A stretch of DNA of 64,000 bases. Source: Mustelus asterias. Lineage: Eukaryota. The notes beneath the pieces are model-generated. The model had not been told where the DNA came from. It did not search any database and saw only the letters and a program-made list of their open reading frames with translations. The translations under genes and the position numbers were made by a program. This document shows, piece by piece, positions 51,900 through 64,000 of the stretch (its first letter is position 1; each line of letters opens with the position of its first letter). The stretch spans positions 175,832,001 through 175,896,000 of the forward strand of contig NC_135801.1 of the NCBI RefSeq assembly GCF_964213995.1. Reading direction: 5' to 3'.

Positions 51900-54800
51900 C
51901 AGTTTGAGTGGAGAGGGTGTTCTGCACCAATTTCCGCTCTGTAATGTTAGATTGTACTCAATGCATGCAGTGAGATTCTATTCAACAAGACAAGGTCAAT
52001 ATTTCACACTGCAATCTTCAGAGGTCAGTTTTTCAACCAAACAATTAACTGAGAACCAAATATTTTTAAAATACAGGAAATCATTTTTTAATTCCACAAA
52101 ATTGCTGCTTTCACAACCACAAAGTAAACATTTTACACTTTCCGTATGATACAAACTGCTAACAATAGAATAAGGAAGGCCAATATTACTACATAGTAAA
52201 CACAAGGGAGACATTGTAGGGAGCCAATGTTTTACATCCATCGTTGTAACATTTATCTGAAGAGCGTTTTGGAAATATCACAGACAGGAACAGTCCAGCT
52301 GGTGCATCAGGCCTGCCCCACTCACCATAATATCCAAACCATCATGGCTAAACATCGCTTCGTAACCCTCCCCCAAACTCCCCACCCCGTCATATCCCAC
52401 CCACTCCCAGTATCATCCTCGGAAAAGCAAAGATTGAAGCCCTGAATGCCTTTAAATCTGCTCAGCGTGGCTCATGGATGTGCAAGTTTCATTCCAGTTT
52501 TCAAAACCAAAAGAAATAGAATAGTAAAGATATAACAAGGCAGAACATAGATGAGACTGAGTTCGATATTATAAAATTCTGACTGCAACCTTAAAAATCA
52601 CAAAAGTATTTGAGATAACATTCCAGTCCATTCTCCGCATATTGGTCCTGTGATGTTTTGATGTGTTAATTATCTGGAATAAATGTAAACAGAAAATATG
52701 GAATAGTAAAATAGTAAATGCTTCATCAATAACAACAACAACTTATATTTATATCGTGCCTCTAATATAATGAAATGTTCTGAGGTGCTCCACAGGATCA
52801 TTGTAAACAAAATATGATACACAGACCACACAAGGGGATATTAGGTCAGATGGTCTAAATCTTGGTCAAAGAGGCAGGTTGTTTGGAATTCTTAAAGGAA
52901 AAGGTGGAGAGGCGTAGGGAGGATATTCCAGAGCTTGGGGCATAGGCAACTGAAGGCATGGCCGGAGCAATTAAAACTGGGGACGTGGTGGATTTGTAGT
53001 GTATGTACTAGAGTTGAACGAGGTAGTAGCAATCTCGGACCATTTGAAAAGCAACTTGTTATGTCCATATGAGTAGTGGTAGGATGGCTTCCCTCTTTTC
53101 CCACTCCTTATTTGGTTGCAACAGAGTTTGACATGGGCAGCATGATGGCACAGTGGTTAGCACTGCTGCCTCACAGTGCCAGGGACCCGAATTCAATTCC
53201 GGCCTTGGGCGACTGTCTGTGTGGAGTTTGCACGTTCTCCCCATGTTAGCGTGGGTTTCCTCCGGGTGCTCCGGTTTCCTCCCACAGTCTGAAAGACGTG
53301 CTGGTTAGATACATTGATCCGAACAGGCACCAGAGTGTGACGACTAGGGGAATTTCACAGTAACTTGATTGCAGTAGTAATGTAAGCCTTACTTGTGACT
53401 AATAAATAAACTTTTAAATTTTAAATACATGGGGTCATGGGGATAGGGCCAGGGTGGGATACTCTGGCAGAAAGTCGGTGCAGACTCGATGGGCCGAATG
53501 GCCTCCTTCTGCACTGTAGGGATTCCAAGATACTGTTTGCATGCTGTGGTCATAAAAGGCACAGTCATACAGATTTCAGTAACATTTCAAAGCTTTGTCA
53601 TGTAGAAGATACAGTGAATCAAATGGACAGCCATCTTTGACTATGATTTGAAGTCACTGGGATGTGGCTTTAGTCATTTTTAAAAATTCAATGAGTGGTT
53701 TCCAGCTAGAAAATTCATAAAGTTATTTTTATAAAGTATGGCTTCACGACAAATCTGTTGGTTGCAGAGTGATTTGGAATTGGCTGAGAACATAGTTAAA
53801 GAGTACATAAGCGGCAACCTTTTGCTTTACTGCACCATTAATCTGCCTTTACAAACTAATGACGCAGACCATGGTAGTCTTCTCTGGCGTACTGAGAAAA
53901 ATGCCATTTCCAATATCCACACCAAGGAAACAGAGAATTCAATAAGTACAGCTTGTGGTTCCTTACTGCAACTTTATCGGTTTCAGTCTGAGTAATTATC
54001 TCTCTACAGCACTTACTTTTTAAATGCAGAGAGGAACTCTCAAAAGTAATGTTTTCCAACTCTTCACATTAATCAAAATATTTTTCATTTTATAGGGTAT
54101 TTTATTGTTTCAGATATTCTTGCATGTGATAGTGAAATTAAGAAATTGATCAGGAGAAAGCACTTTACTACATGATTCCTTTACTAGATAGCTTGACAAA
54201 CTAAGCGAAGGAATATCTTCAATGGCCCAGTAAAGGGGTGTTTTAAAGTTTAAGTGGGAAGAAGATGGGCCGAATGGCCTCCTTCCATACTGTAACTTTT
54301 CTAAGAGCAGTGAAATATTTAATGATATTTTAATCTAATTTCTAAGCCGTTTAGCAAGCCACTTCCCTGCTTCTCGGCTCTCTTTCTGTGGAATGTTAGT
54401 ACATTGACTGCTTCACTCATTAAAGGGGGCGATCAAAGTCTGATAAAATGATGCTGGAAACTATACAACACCCTTTAGATCTTTTTTCTCAATTTCATAT
54501 TGAGACAACGAGTCATATGGAGAAAGCGGGGCGAACACTAACTGATTTCACTCAGCTCCAAACAGAGATTGGAAAATGAATTTTAAAAGAACAACCAAAA
54601 TTGTTTCAAATTTATCTCGTTTCATGATCAAAATCTAACATTTCTCATTGCCAAATGAGCCCGAATGTTAACAAACCCAATGCACCTTTCACAAGTTTGA
54701 TGTGGAAACAGCAGGGCCTCTGGAACACAAGCACAAGAGGGCAATGTTCATAAAGTCACCCGTTACCTCAGGTAACCAGGTGGGTGTCCAATTCAAATGC

Positions 54801-55900
54801 TGCATTCTGTATATGCAGCAGTTGCTGAATGTAGTTACTCTGAAATCATTGTGCTCAATTCTATCTAGCTATTTTACTTAATTAAGGAAAATTATGCAAA
54901 GCCAAAGCCTGATAATTCACTAAAAAGCGTGATCTATAATAATATATGTCCAATGGTCAAAATGAGCAATCAACCAAAAATCACTATACCCCTAAAAGGG
55001 CTTAGAAATTAGATCAAAAAATATTGTAGAAAACATTACATTACATTAACTTATGCAAACATGTTAGAGGATCAGATAGGGTGGTGGCTGTTTTTGGTTA
55101 AACCTCTATACAATCCTTAACCCACTTGTGACACTAATAAATGAACTTAAACTTTAACTTAGCCACTGGCAAGAGTCTGTTTTAATTGAGCCCCTACAGT
55201 GTCATGGATGTGTTATCCTGTACAATAGGCATGGTTGAGACAACCCATTGAGGGAGACCACTGAAGTATCTAATGTATTAGAGTTGATCCCAACATGTAA
55301 TGTTTCGTTTTGCTATGTACAGCAATCAACCGTCCAGAGTCAGATATCAGCAAATCAGAAACCAACCCTTTCATCTTTAGCTTAGCTCCCTTAAGATGGT
55401 AACCTATATATAATAGTTACGTGTATGTAGCACTTTATCACTTCACAACATCTTAAGGCGATCCATACAATTAATTACAATTATGAAGCGACTGTAATAT
55501 GAGAAAATGGGACCCAATGAGCAGATACAAAGAAAAAAGTGAGAGATGCTTTTCTAGTGCAGCTCTGTTTTCTGTGCTGGATTATACTTTTTGGTTTTGC
55601 AAGTTTGTGTCTTATCACTGTTCCCTTTACAACAAAATCAGTTAATGGAAACAAAAATTGCAGCTACTCAGAGAGCAACTGTTTTAACTGTCAGCTCCTT
55701 GTCATGGCAAAAAATAAAAGCAAAATTATAATAGTACAAAAGTGAATAGGGGAAAACAGAATGAACTAAAAAGGGCAAACAAGAAAACACAAATAGTGTT
55801 AGAATTTTAAATTAAAAAAAAGTTCTGCATTCTTTTGGTTATTTGAATTAATTATTCTATTTCTAATCTCAGAGCTGCTTTGTTTTATATCACATTGTAG
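51900..55900 (-). pseudogene. Decayed Toll-like receptor-like pseudogene, copy A
   Basis: Minus-strand frameshifted peptides occur in TLR order. LRR-like: HIKLVKGALGLLTF..EMLDFDH and KNI*NNKIPYKMKNILINVKSWKTLLLRVPL. TM-like: FIISNSVSSMFCLVISLLFYFFWF (about 52580-52505). TIR-like: DVKHWLPTMSPLCL..IVSSLYH.RKV..LVLLNRISLHALS (about 52240-51955). Clear nucleotide paralogy to 43.9-46.8 kb. Confidence 0.5.
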
Positions 55901-56724
55901 TTAAATAAATATATCAACCAAATCTAAAACACTTAATTGGTCACTACGGTGTCCATTTTACCCTTGAACACAAAATAATGTTTTCTTTATTTGTTCAGGG
56001 GGATGTGGGTGTCACTGGCAAGGCCAAGATTTGTTGCCCAAACCTAATTGCCCTTGAACTGAGTGCCAGGCCATTTCAGAGGGCATTTATGAGTCAAGCA
56101 CATTGCTATGGGTTTGGAGTCACATTTAGGCCAGATCAGGTAAGGACGGCAGATTTCCTTCCCTAAAGGACATTAGTGAACCAGATGGGTTTTTACAACA
56201 ATCGACAATGGTCTAATTGTCATCATTAGACTTTTAATTCCAGATTTATTTTTATTGAATTCACCCTGGTGGGTTTCGAACCAGAACATTCCCCTGGGTC
56301 TCTGGATTATTAGTCCAGTGACAATATCACTAGGCCATTGCCTTCCACTGTGCCTCTCATTTCATTATGATTAATAAAGTAATTGATAAAGCTCGGCACA
56401 ACATCATGGGCCAAAGGGCCTGTTCTGTGCTGTACTGTTCTATGTTCTATGATAACCACTTTCATTAGTCCCAGTAAATTGGAAGAACCAAGAATCAGGC
56501 ATTGGTCCTAGATACTGTGACATACCGATCTCAGGCTTTATAGTTTTCACAGTGGATGGAAACGTATCCAGGCCACAGTGGAATCACACTGAAACTGCTG
56601 AGTTGAAGGAAGTTATCAAAGCCAGGGTGCCCATGCTGACACTAGCTCCTGAAGCAACTACTTTTAACTACTAATTATGATTATAATTATAATAAAAGCA
56701 TCAGCCATATATTATTCAAGAAGA

Positions 56725-57585
56725 GAGTTGAGTCCCGAGGGCTGCAACGTGCCCACCAGAAGATGACATCTGCTCCTCCAGCTTGTGTTGGGCTTCACTG
56801 GAGCATGGCAGCAGGCCAAGAATGGACATGTGGGCATGAGGGCAGGTGCTGAGTTCAACTGGCAAGCAACAGGAAGGTTGAGGTCATGATTGTGGACTGA
56901 GCAAATGTGTTCCACGAAGCGGTCACCCAGTCTGCGTTTAGCTTCCAAAATGTAGAGGAGACAGCATTGGGAGCAGTGAATATAGTAGACCAAATTGAAG
57001 GAGGTACAAGTGACATACAGCTTCCCCCGAAAGGAGTGTTTGGAGCCTTGAACGATGAGGATGGAGGAGGTAAAGGGGCAGGTGTTGCACTTTCTATGAT
57101 TGTAAGGGAAGGTGCCACGGGGAGGGGATAGGGAGTTGGGTGTGATGGAGGGGTGGACCCTGGTCCCCATCACCTTCCGATAGGGCACATTGAACCTCTT
57201 GGGACTCAATGTTGAGTTTGATAACTTCAGATTTTGATCTTTCTCCTCCATCTTAAATCCCACCCCACTTTCTTCTTTTTTTAAATATTGCATACATGCA
57301 TTGCCTCAATGCAAAATAATCCCCCCCCCCCTCACCCCCCCCCCCCTTCCCCCCCCCACTCCTGCCTCACTCCAGGCCACCTGCCTTTTGTTCTTATAAT
57401 TGCTATTTTTTGTTGCAGTTTCTATAGTTCTAACAGATTCACCCTCCTTTCAGTTCTGAAGAAGAGTCTATGACTCAAAACATTAACTCTGCTTTTCTCC
57501 TGAGAGATGCCAGCAGATCTGCTAAGTTTTTCCAGCTTCCTCTGTCCTTGTTTCAGTTTCCTGCATCCACGGTATTTTGCTTATT
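56725..57585 (-). mobile_element. Penelope-like element relic (GIY-YIG endonuclease region) with inverted 3' portion
   Basis: ORF 56712-57293: GTFP..CNTCPF..TCTSFNLVYYIHCSQCCLLYI.EAKRRLGDRFVEH; degenerate hammerhead CTGAAGA-agagtc-tat-gactc-aaaac near 57456 on +. Confidence 0.8.
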
Positions 57586-58857
57586 TTAACCATATCTTAT
57601 TGCTCCTGATGTATAGGATGATATCTCAGAGGTCTTAACGACTATAATCCCACTTCCTTGTTGTTACTTAATTACCGTTAAACAGAAGGAACAGAAGGTG
57701 ATTGTGAGTGATTTCAAGAAACTCTTGCCTACCACTATCCCTCCCCAGTAGAAAGGCATTCCTTGTATGGGTGGGTTTCAGTTCTAATCAGCTTATGGCT
57801 TTGACAATGAATCATCAATATAATGAATATTAAGAAATACTCTAGCATTTCAAGGTTACAAGATTACTGCAAAGCATTTTACTTGTCCCTTTCCAGAAAC
57901 CATGGTGGTCGAGTTAATAAATTGATAGGATGGCTTGATCAATATAAAAAGCTCATTTTAATTTAAGAAAGCAAGTACCTTAAACACAGCTGTATTTACA
58001 AGGAGCTAAAAGATTGCAAAAGAGAATAATTTTCAATTTTATTGTAATGTACTTTGATAAATCTTTGCAAATATTCTAACATATTTTAAGCTGAGATAAT
58101 GTTAACCTGAATTTTAAAATAGGTTGCATTTTTTAACATATACTGCAATATTAGTGCAGAATTTATTGACTTTAATTTGCTTTCGACACAACTTGGGATT
58201 CCCTTCATGACGGAAGACTCCACCACAAAACTGGTCTATCTACCACGGTCACCAGAGGGTGAAAAGCCAAGGCCGATTGTGAAAGACTGGGGGGGTGGAA
58301 TGTGAGCTTGGGTTTTAAATTCCTAAAAATGGTAGGAGTGCTTAAACCTACAGAGGGAGGTTTCTGTGACAGAAAATAACAGTTGATAAAACTAACATTC
58401 TGTGCCTTCCTAATCGCTTGCTGTACCAGCATGCTAACATTTTGTTCCTTGTATGACCGCACCAGAGTCTCTCTAACCATCAACATTTACAAGTTTTGCA
58501 CCATTTAAAAATATATTCTGCCTCCAATGCAAATATTTATTTCTTTAAATGTGGAGAAACAGCATTATTTAAAGTTTTAAAGTTTATTCATGAATGTCAC
58601 AAGTAAGTCTACATTAACACTGCAGTGAAGTTAATGTGAAAATCCCCTCGAGTGAGAGGAATTTAATTCCCTCCACCATGGCGAATTTAGTGGTGAGGGG
58701 GGAGTTATTTAAACAGGCGGCAGCATGGCAGGTGGGGATGTTGCAACCTTCCCACCACTGTTCTGATTAAGTTGACAACGGGAAGGCTTACGGATGGCCT
58801 TCTCCACTCACCACGTGGGAAGCCTGAAAAGTAATTCTTGACATGTTTTCTTGCAGG

Positions 58858-59458
58858 TGTAAGGGGAAAAATACAAGGGGGGCACACTTTAAAATGGCAA
58901 TACAAGAAAGCACACTCTAAAATGGCTGCCTGGCACATAAAGGGTTAACTGGGAAAGAAGCCAGAAAAGCAGACACAGGCTCCGCTGTTCAGAAATCACG
59001 TTAAGTCAAAACCTAACAGACAAGCCATTTCCAAATCACAGACAGTGACTCATAGCAAACAAACACCTCAGGAAGCCAAGCCAAGGGTCAAGACATCTTT
59101 TAAGATAAGGAAAACCCGAAACAAAGAGCTTAGATTAACGTTAGAGGAACGCGGAAAAATATGAATGCGAGGGAACCGATTAGCACCTGAACGAGACGAA
59201 ACTAGCCATTGATAGATACAGACATAAGGAGATGTACCCATTCATAAAATGTTAAATGCTTGTACTCACTTATACGATGTGATAATGTTCGAATCACCGG
59301 TTTACCCATTGTGTAAAGGGTATAAAAATGAACCGCTCCCGACATACTAGTGAGAGAAGGTTTGCTACAGACATGTGCCTTATCTCCCGGAGCTCCGTTT
59401 AATAAATCGTATTTTCTGAATCTCGAAGTCTGACTACTGGTGGATTTTTCCCACAACA
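58858..59458 (+). mobile_element. Solo LTR (about 600 bp)
   Basis: TGTAAGGGGAAAA...TTTTTCCCACAACA inverted termini, TATAAAA near 59321, AATAAA at 59401, TSD cagg/ctgg. Confidence 0.65.
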
Positions 59459-60337
59459 CTGGCTTCCAGAAGTGGTCCCTCATTCAAAAGGCACCACGTA
59501 CCTGATTAAGGGAGCTGGCATCATGAAGGGGTGGGGGGGGGGGGGGGGTTCCACTGTGAGCCACACTGCCTGCCCTTGCTGCTGATGTCCCTTCCCACCC
59601 TCCCCTTGCTCCTCCCCCGCCCCCCACCGGACTCCGATTGGCTGGCAGCTCTCAGTGAGTCGGTCATCCTTGATCCAAGGGATGTCCGCCACTGTGCGTT
59701 TAGATGCCTGATAGGCATTAATTCAACAGGCCTTCCTGAAAATAAGTGACATGGGACTCTCGTCAAGAGCCCTGTCGCCTCCATTAAATACTGGTGACTA
59801 CCCCAGATGAGGTCTCACCAAAGCCCTGTACAACTATATTCCAATCCCCTTGTAGTGAAAGCCAACATAACATCTGCCCTCCTAAATGTTTGCTGTATTT
59901 GCATGCTAACTTCTTGTGTTCCTTGTATGAGCACACCCAGTCTACCTGAACATCAACATGTTATCTAAAAAATATTCTGCTTTTCTATTCTTCCCACAAA
60001 AATGGATAACCTCACACTTCCCCACGCAATACTCCATCTGCCATCCTGTCGCCCATTCACTTAATCTGTCTTTATCACCTTGCAGCCTTGCATTCCCAAC
60101 CAGATTTGTATTGTCAGCAAACTTAGATACAAGTTAGATGCAAGCTTTGTCCAGGTCATTAACATAGATTGTAAATAGCGGAGACCTCAGTTCTGATCTT
60201 TACAGCGCTCCATTAGTCACAGTCTGCCAACATGAAAATGCCCTATTTTATACCTTCTCTGAGAAATGGCCAGTTCTGCTAATTATCAAGTTTTAAGTTT
60301 TATTTATTGGTGTCAAAGTAGGTTTACATTAACACTG

Positions 60338-60620
60338 TGAGGCGTGCCTGATAAATAGGTTGATGTTGCCAGGAACAGAAGGCTTTTATTCGCTAAAAAG
60401 GAACGATGTGGAACAGACAATAAACAGAACAATACTGGGCATGAGGATCTCCCGACTGAGGCCGGAGGGAGAGGGCTGCAGCCTTTATACCCTGAGGGCA
60501 GAGCCTCCAGTTAAAGGTGCAGCCGAATTAAAGGTGTCAGGGAGTGTCTCATATACGAACAGTAGTGGCAACAATATATACAGCTCAACCGTGTCGAAGG
60601 CACGACAGTGGTTTACCACA
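60338..60620 (-). mobile_element. Solo LTR inserted in a SINE tail
   Basis: Reverse-strand TGTGGTAAAC...GCCTCA, TATAAA and AATAAA; TSD cactg/ctctg; splits the SINE tail attaacactg|caatgaag. Confidence 0.7.
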
Positions 60621-61581
60621 CTCTGCAATGAAGTTACTGTGAAAATCCCCCAGTCGCCACACTCTGCCGCCTGTTCGGGTACACCAAGGGAGAATTTAGC
60701 ATGGCCAATGCACCTAACCAGCACATCTTTTGGATTGTGGGAGGAAACCAGAGCACCCGGAGGAAACCCACGCAGACACGGAAGAATGTGCAGACTCCAC
60801 GCAGACAGTGACTCAAGCCGGGATTCAAACCCATGTCCCTGGCGCTGTGAGGCAGCAGTGCTAACCACTGTGCCACCGTGCCACACCTCAAGCACTTATT
60901 GGTGAATCTTGGGCTCCACCAAACTCACTTAAGCTCATGAGGAAATGTTCACCCCAATTGCGAAAGATAAAAGTGAATCTTCGGCGTAGCTCTCTAATGA
61001 TTTATTCCATCTTATTTAGGTTTGAATGTTGTCATCCTGTTTATACTGCATTCCAACATAAGAATGAGGGCAAATCGTTCAGATGCTCGAGTTTGTTCTG
61101 CCATTCAATTAGACCATAGCTGATCTGTACATCAACTCTATTTATCAGCACTTGTGATTATCTAATGAACGCTCCTCCATTCCAGCTTTGAAAATCCCAG
61201 TTGATCCTGCATCTACAGCCTTGCAGGAGCATTAGGAAATTCCACATTTCTATTACCATTTGTGTGAAAAATTGATACAGAATTCCCCTATCGGACTGCC
61301 CCGAATTCTGTTATTTCTTCCCTGTCCATCAAGTCCTGAAGTGGGACTTGAACCTGGAGCAGTGGGTAGCAGCCTAAGACCTACACAATTATCAAAATCA
61401 AATTATTACATTGACTGCAGAGCATTTGGGAGGTTCTCAGGTGCTATATAAATGCAAGTCTTTCTTTTTGGTGTTGGGTGAAGGTTTCTCTTGGAATCCG
61501 TGTCATGGGTTCGAGTTGAATATATCATGAAGGACTCTCTCTGTACTGCCAATATCCAAGATCTTCCCAAGTGCTCAAGGC

Positions 61582-62190
61582 ACATTGGCACAGTGGTTAG
61601 TTAGCACTGCTGTCTCACAGTGCCAGGGATCTGGGTTCGATTCCTGGCTTGGGTCACTGTCTGTGCAGAGTCTGCACGCTCTCTCCATGTCTGCATGGGT
61701 TTGCTCCGGGTGCTCCAGTTTCCTCCCACAGTCCAAAAGACATGCTGGTTAGGTGCATTGGCCATGCTATATTCTCCCTCAATGTACCTGAACAGGCGCC
61801 GGAGTGTGGCGACTAAGGGATTTTCATAGTAACTTCATTGCACTGTTAATGTCATAGAATCATAGAAGTGCAGAAGGAGGCCATTCGGTCCATCGAGTCT
61901 GCACCAGCCACCATCCCACCCAGGCTCTATTGCCGTGATCCCACATATTTACCCGACTAATACCCCTGACACTAGGGTCAATTTAGCATGGTCAATCAAC
62001 TTAACCCGCACATCTTTGGATTGTGGGAGGAAACTGGAGCGCCCGGAGGAAACCCCACGCAGACACGGGGAGAACATGCAAACTCCACACAGACAGTGAC
62101 CCGAGGCTGGAATCGAACCCGGGTCCCTGGCGCTGTGAGACAGCCACAGTGTTAATCACCGTGCCACCCTAATGTAAGCCTACTTGTGAC
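61582..62190. repeat. SINE (tail B, +) with a nested SINE (tail A, -, about 61852-62169)
   Basis: Host tail split at taatgt|...|taatgtaagcc (TSD). Confidence 0.8.
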
Positions 62191-62500
62191 AGTGATAGTA
62201 GTAGAGGCGGGTACAATTCTGTCTTTTAAAAAGCATTTAGACAGTTGCATGGGTAAGGTGGGTATGGAGGGATATGGGCCAAACGCGGGCAACTGGGACT
62301 AGCTTAGTGGTTACATAAAAAGGGCGGCATGGACAAGTTGGGTCGAAAGGCCTGTTTCCATGCTGTAAACCTCTATGACTAAGAAATAAATTTAAACTTA
62401 AAACTTAGAGCAAAGCTTCAACCTCCCAATTCTGTGGCTCAAAAGTGTCTCCCCAGTATCCTGGTTAAATATTTATCCCTCAACTAGACGACATAGACAA

Positions 62501-63029
62501 TGGGCCTGATTTTACCAAAACGGGTGTGAAATCGTGGTAAATTTGGGTGTCGGGCCTTTACCGCGATCTGCAACCGAATCCGAGCAGATCGCGCCTTTAC
62601 CGACATCCGATTCGGGCGCGGGTCCGGCCTGCACCCGAATCGGGCGGCCCGACGATTTAAATGCATTTGCATGCATTTAAATCGACTTAATGAACCGCGC
62701 GCTCAACTCTACCGCCAAATCCCACTTTGCCGTCTTCTGGCCCGATCTGCGTCCGCGCTGTTACCGACCTGCAAAATAAAAGTCTGAAGTCGCCGCTGCA
62801 GCCTCCGATGAGCGGGGTCAGAGACTGCAACGGCTCTCTGACCCAGCTCATCCTCTGGTCGGGGCGGGAGGGGGTGGGAGGAGGAGAGGGGGTGTGACGT
62901 CTCATTCCCTGGGGGTGCGGGGGTGGGGGGGGGGTGGGGGGAGAGGGGGTGTGATGTTTCATCCCCTGGGGAGTGTGGGGGTGAGGAGGGGGGTGGTGGG
63001 AGGGGAGGGGCTGTGATGTCTCATCCTCT
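62501..63029. mobile_element. GC/CpG-rich MITE-like element, interrupted by CR1 and continuing past the window end
   Basis: gggcctgattttacc terminus, internal palindrome gatttaaatgcat..atgcatttaaatc, G-rich tandem units. Confidence 0.5.
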
Positions 63030-63940
63030 GATTTGCTGATGACACCAAAGTCGGTGGTGTGGTAGACAGTGAGGAAGGGTGTCGTAGTTTGCAGGAAGAC
63101 TTAGACAGGTTGCAAAGTTGGGCCGAGAGGTGGCGGATGGAGTTTAATGCGGAGAAGTGTGAGGTAATTCACTTTGGTAGGAATAACAGATGTGTTGAGT
63201 ATAGGGCTAACGGGAGGACTTTGAATAGTGTGGAGGAGCAGAGGGATCTAGGTGTATGTGTGCATAGATCCCTGAAAGTTGGGAATCAAGTAGATAAGGT
63301 TGTTAAGAAGGCATATGGTGTCTTGGCGTTTATTGGTAGGGGGATTGAATTTAGGAGTCGTAGCGTTATGTTGCAACTGTACACAACTCTGGTGCGGCCG
63401 CACTTGGAGTACTGTGTGCAGTTCTGGTCCCCACATTACAGGAAGGATGTGGAGGCTTTGGAGAGGGTGCAGAGGAGGTTTACCAGGATGTTGCCTGGTA
63501 TGGAGGGGAGATCCTATGAGGAGAGGCTGAGGGATTTGGGATTGTTTTCGCTGGAAAGGCGGCGGCTAAGAGGGGATCTTATTGAAACATATAAGATGAT
63601 TAGAGGTTTAGATAGGGTGGATAGTGATAGCCTTTTTCCTCTGATGGAGAAATCCAGCACGAGGGGGCATGGCTTTAAATTGAGGGGGGTAGTTATAGAA
63701 CCGATGTCAGGGGTAGGTTCTTTACCCAGAGGGTGGTGAGGGATTGGAATGCCCTGCCAGCATCAGTAGTAAATGCGCCTAGTTTGGGGGCGTTTAAGAG
63801 ATCCGTAGATAGGTTCATGGACGAAAAGAAATTGGTTTAGGTTGGAGGGTCACAGTTTTTTTTTTAACTGGTCGGTGCAACATCGTGGGCCGAAGGGCCT
63901 GTTCTGCGCTGTAATGTTCTATGTTCTATGTTCTATGTTT
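63030..63940 (+). mobile_element. 5'-truncated CR1 LINE
   Basis: FADDTK start; ORF 63059-63739 is the RT C-terminus; (ttctatg)n tail. Confidence 0.92.
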
Positions 63941-63942
63941 CT

Positions 63943-63973
<31 letters not shown>

Positions 63974-64000
63974 CGGGGGCGGGGGCGGGGGCGGGGGGGT

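Noticed and set aside
53856-54059. GYWKWHF peptide reminiscent of the very-large-GTPase (GVIN) C-terminus
   Set aside because: Spacing to other motifs does not fit, and the surrounding frames fit LRRs better
63941-64000. Poly-G/(GGGGGC)n run, potential G-quadruplex
   Set aside because: Low-complexity interior of the MITE-like element; homopolymer lengths are unreliable
1-64000. CRISPR array, rRNA or prokaryotic operon
   Set aside because: Eukaryotic intron-containing DNA; no regularly spaced repeat-spacer array or rRNA similarity seen

Overview
Repeat-rich vertebrate genomic DNA, almost certainly from a cartilaginous fish (shark). The evidence is HE1/V-SINE-type SINEs, CR1 LINEs and a CD8 alpha tail with a CxH motif. 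One intact protein-coding gene is present: CD8A on the minus strand. It has six coding exons (23819-23780, 22620-22309, 21558-21454, 18450-18337, 18216-18177, 7715-7670) that splice in phase to a 218-aa leader-IgV-hinge-TM-cytoplasmic protein. No CD8B exon was recognised in the 40 kb upstream. That interval instead holds two diverged tandem paralogous segments (about 42.4-46.8 kb and 51.9-55.9 kb). Their minus strands give frameshifted LRR-like, TM-like and TIR-like peptides, which I interpret as decayed Toll-like receptor pseudogenes. The interval also holds a possible third LRR-like relic, an unidentified decayed coding exon, and an orphan GC-rich exon-like segment with a perfect splice donor. 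The rest is nested mobile DNA: CR1, RTE and L2-like LINEs, two tRNA-derived SINE families, Penelope-like fragments with hammerhead-ribozyme cores and fold-back structure, solo LTRs, a Gypsy gag relic and Harbinger-like relics/MITEs. All assignments come from reading the sequence by eye, without database searches.
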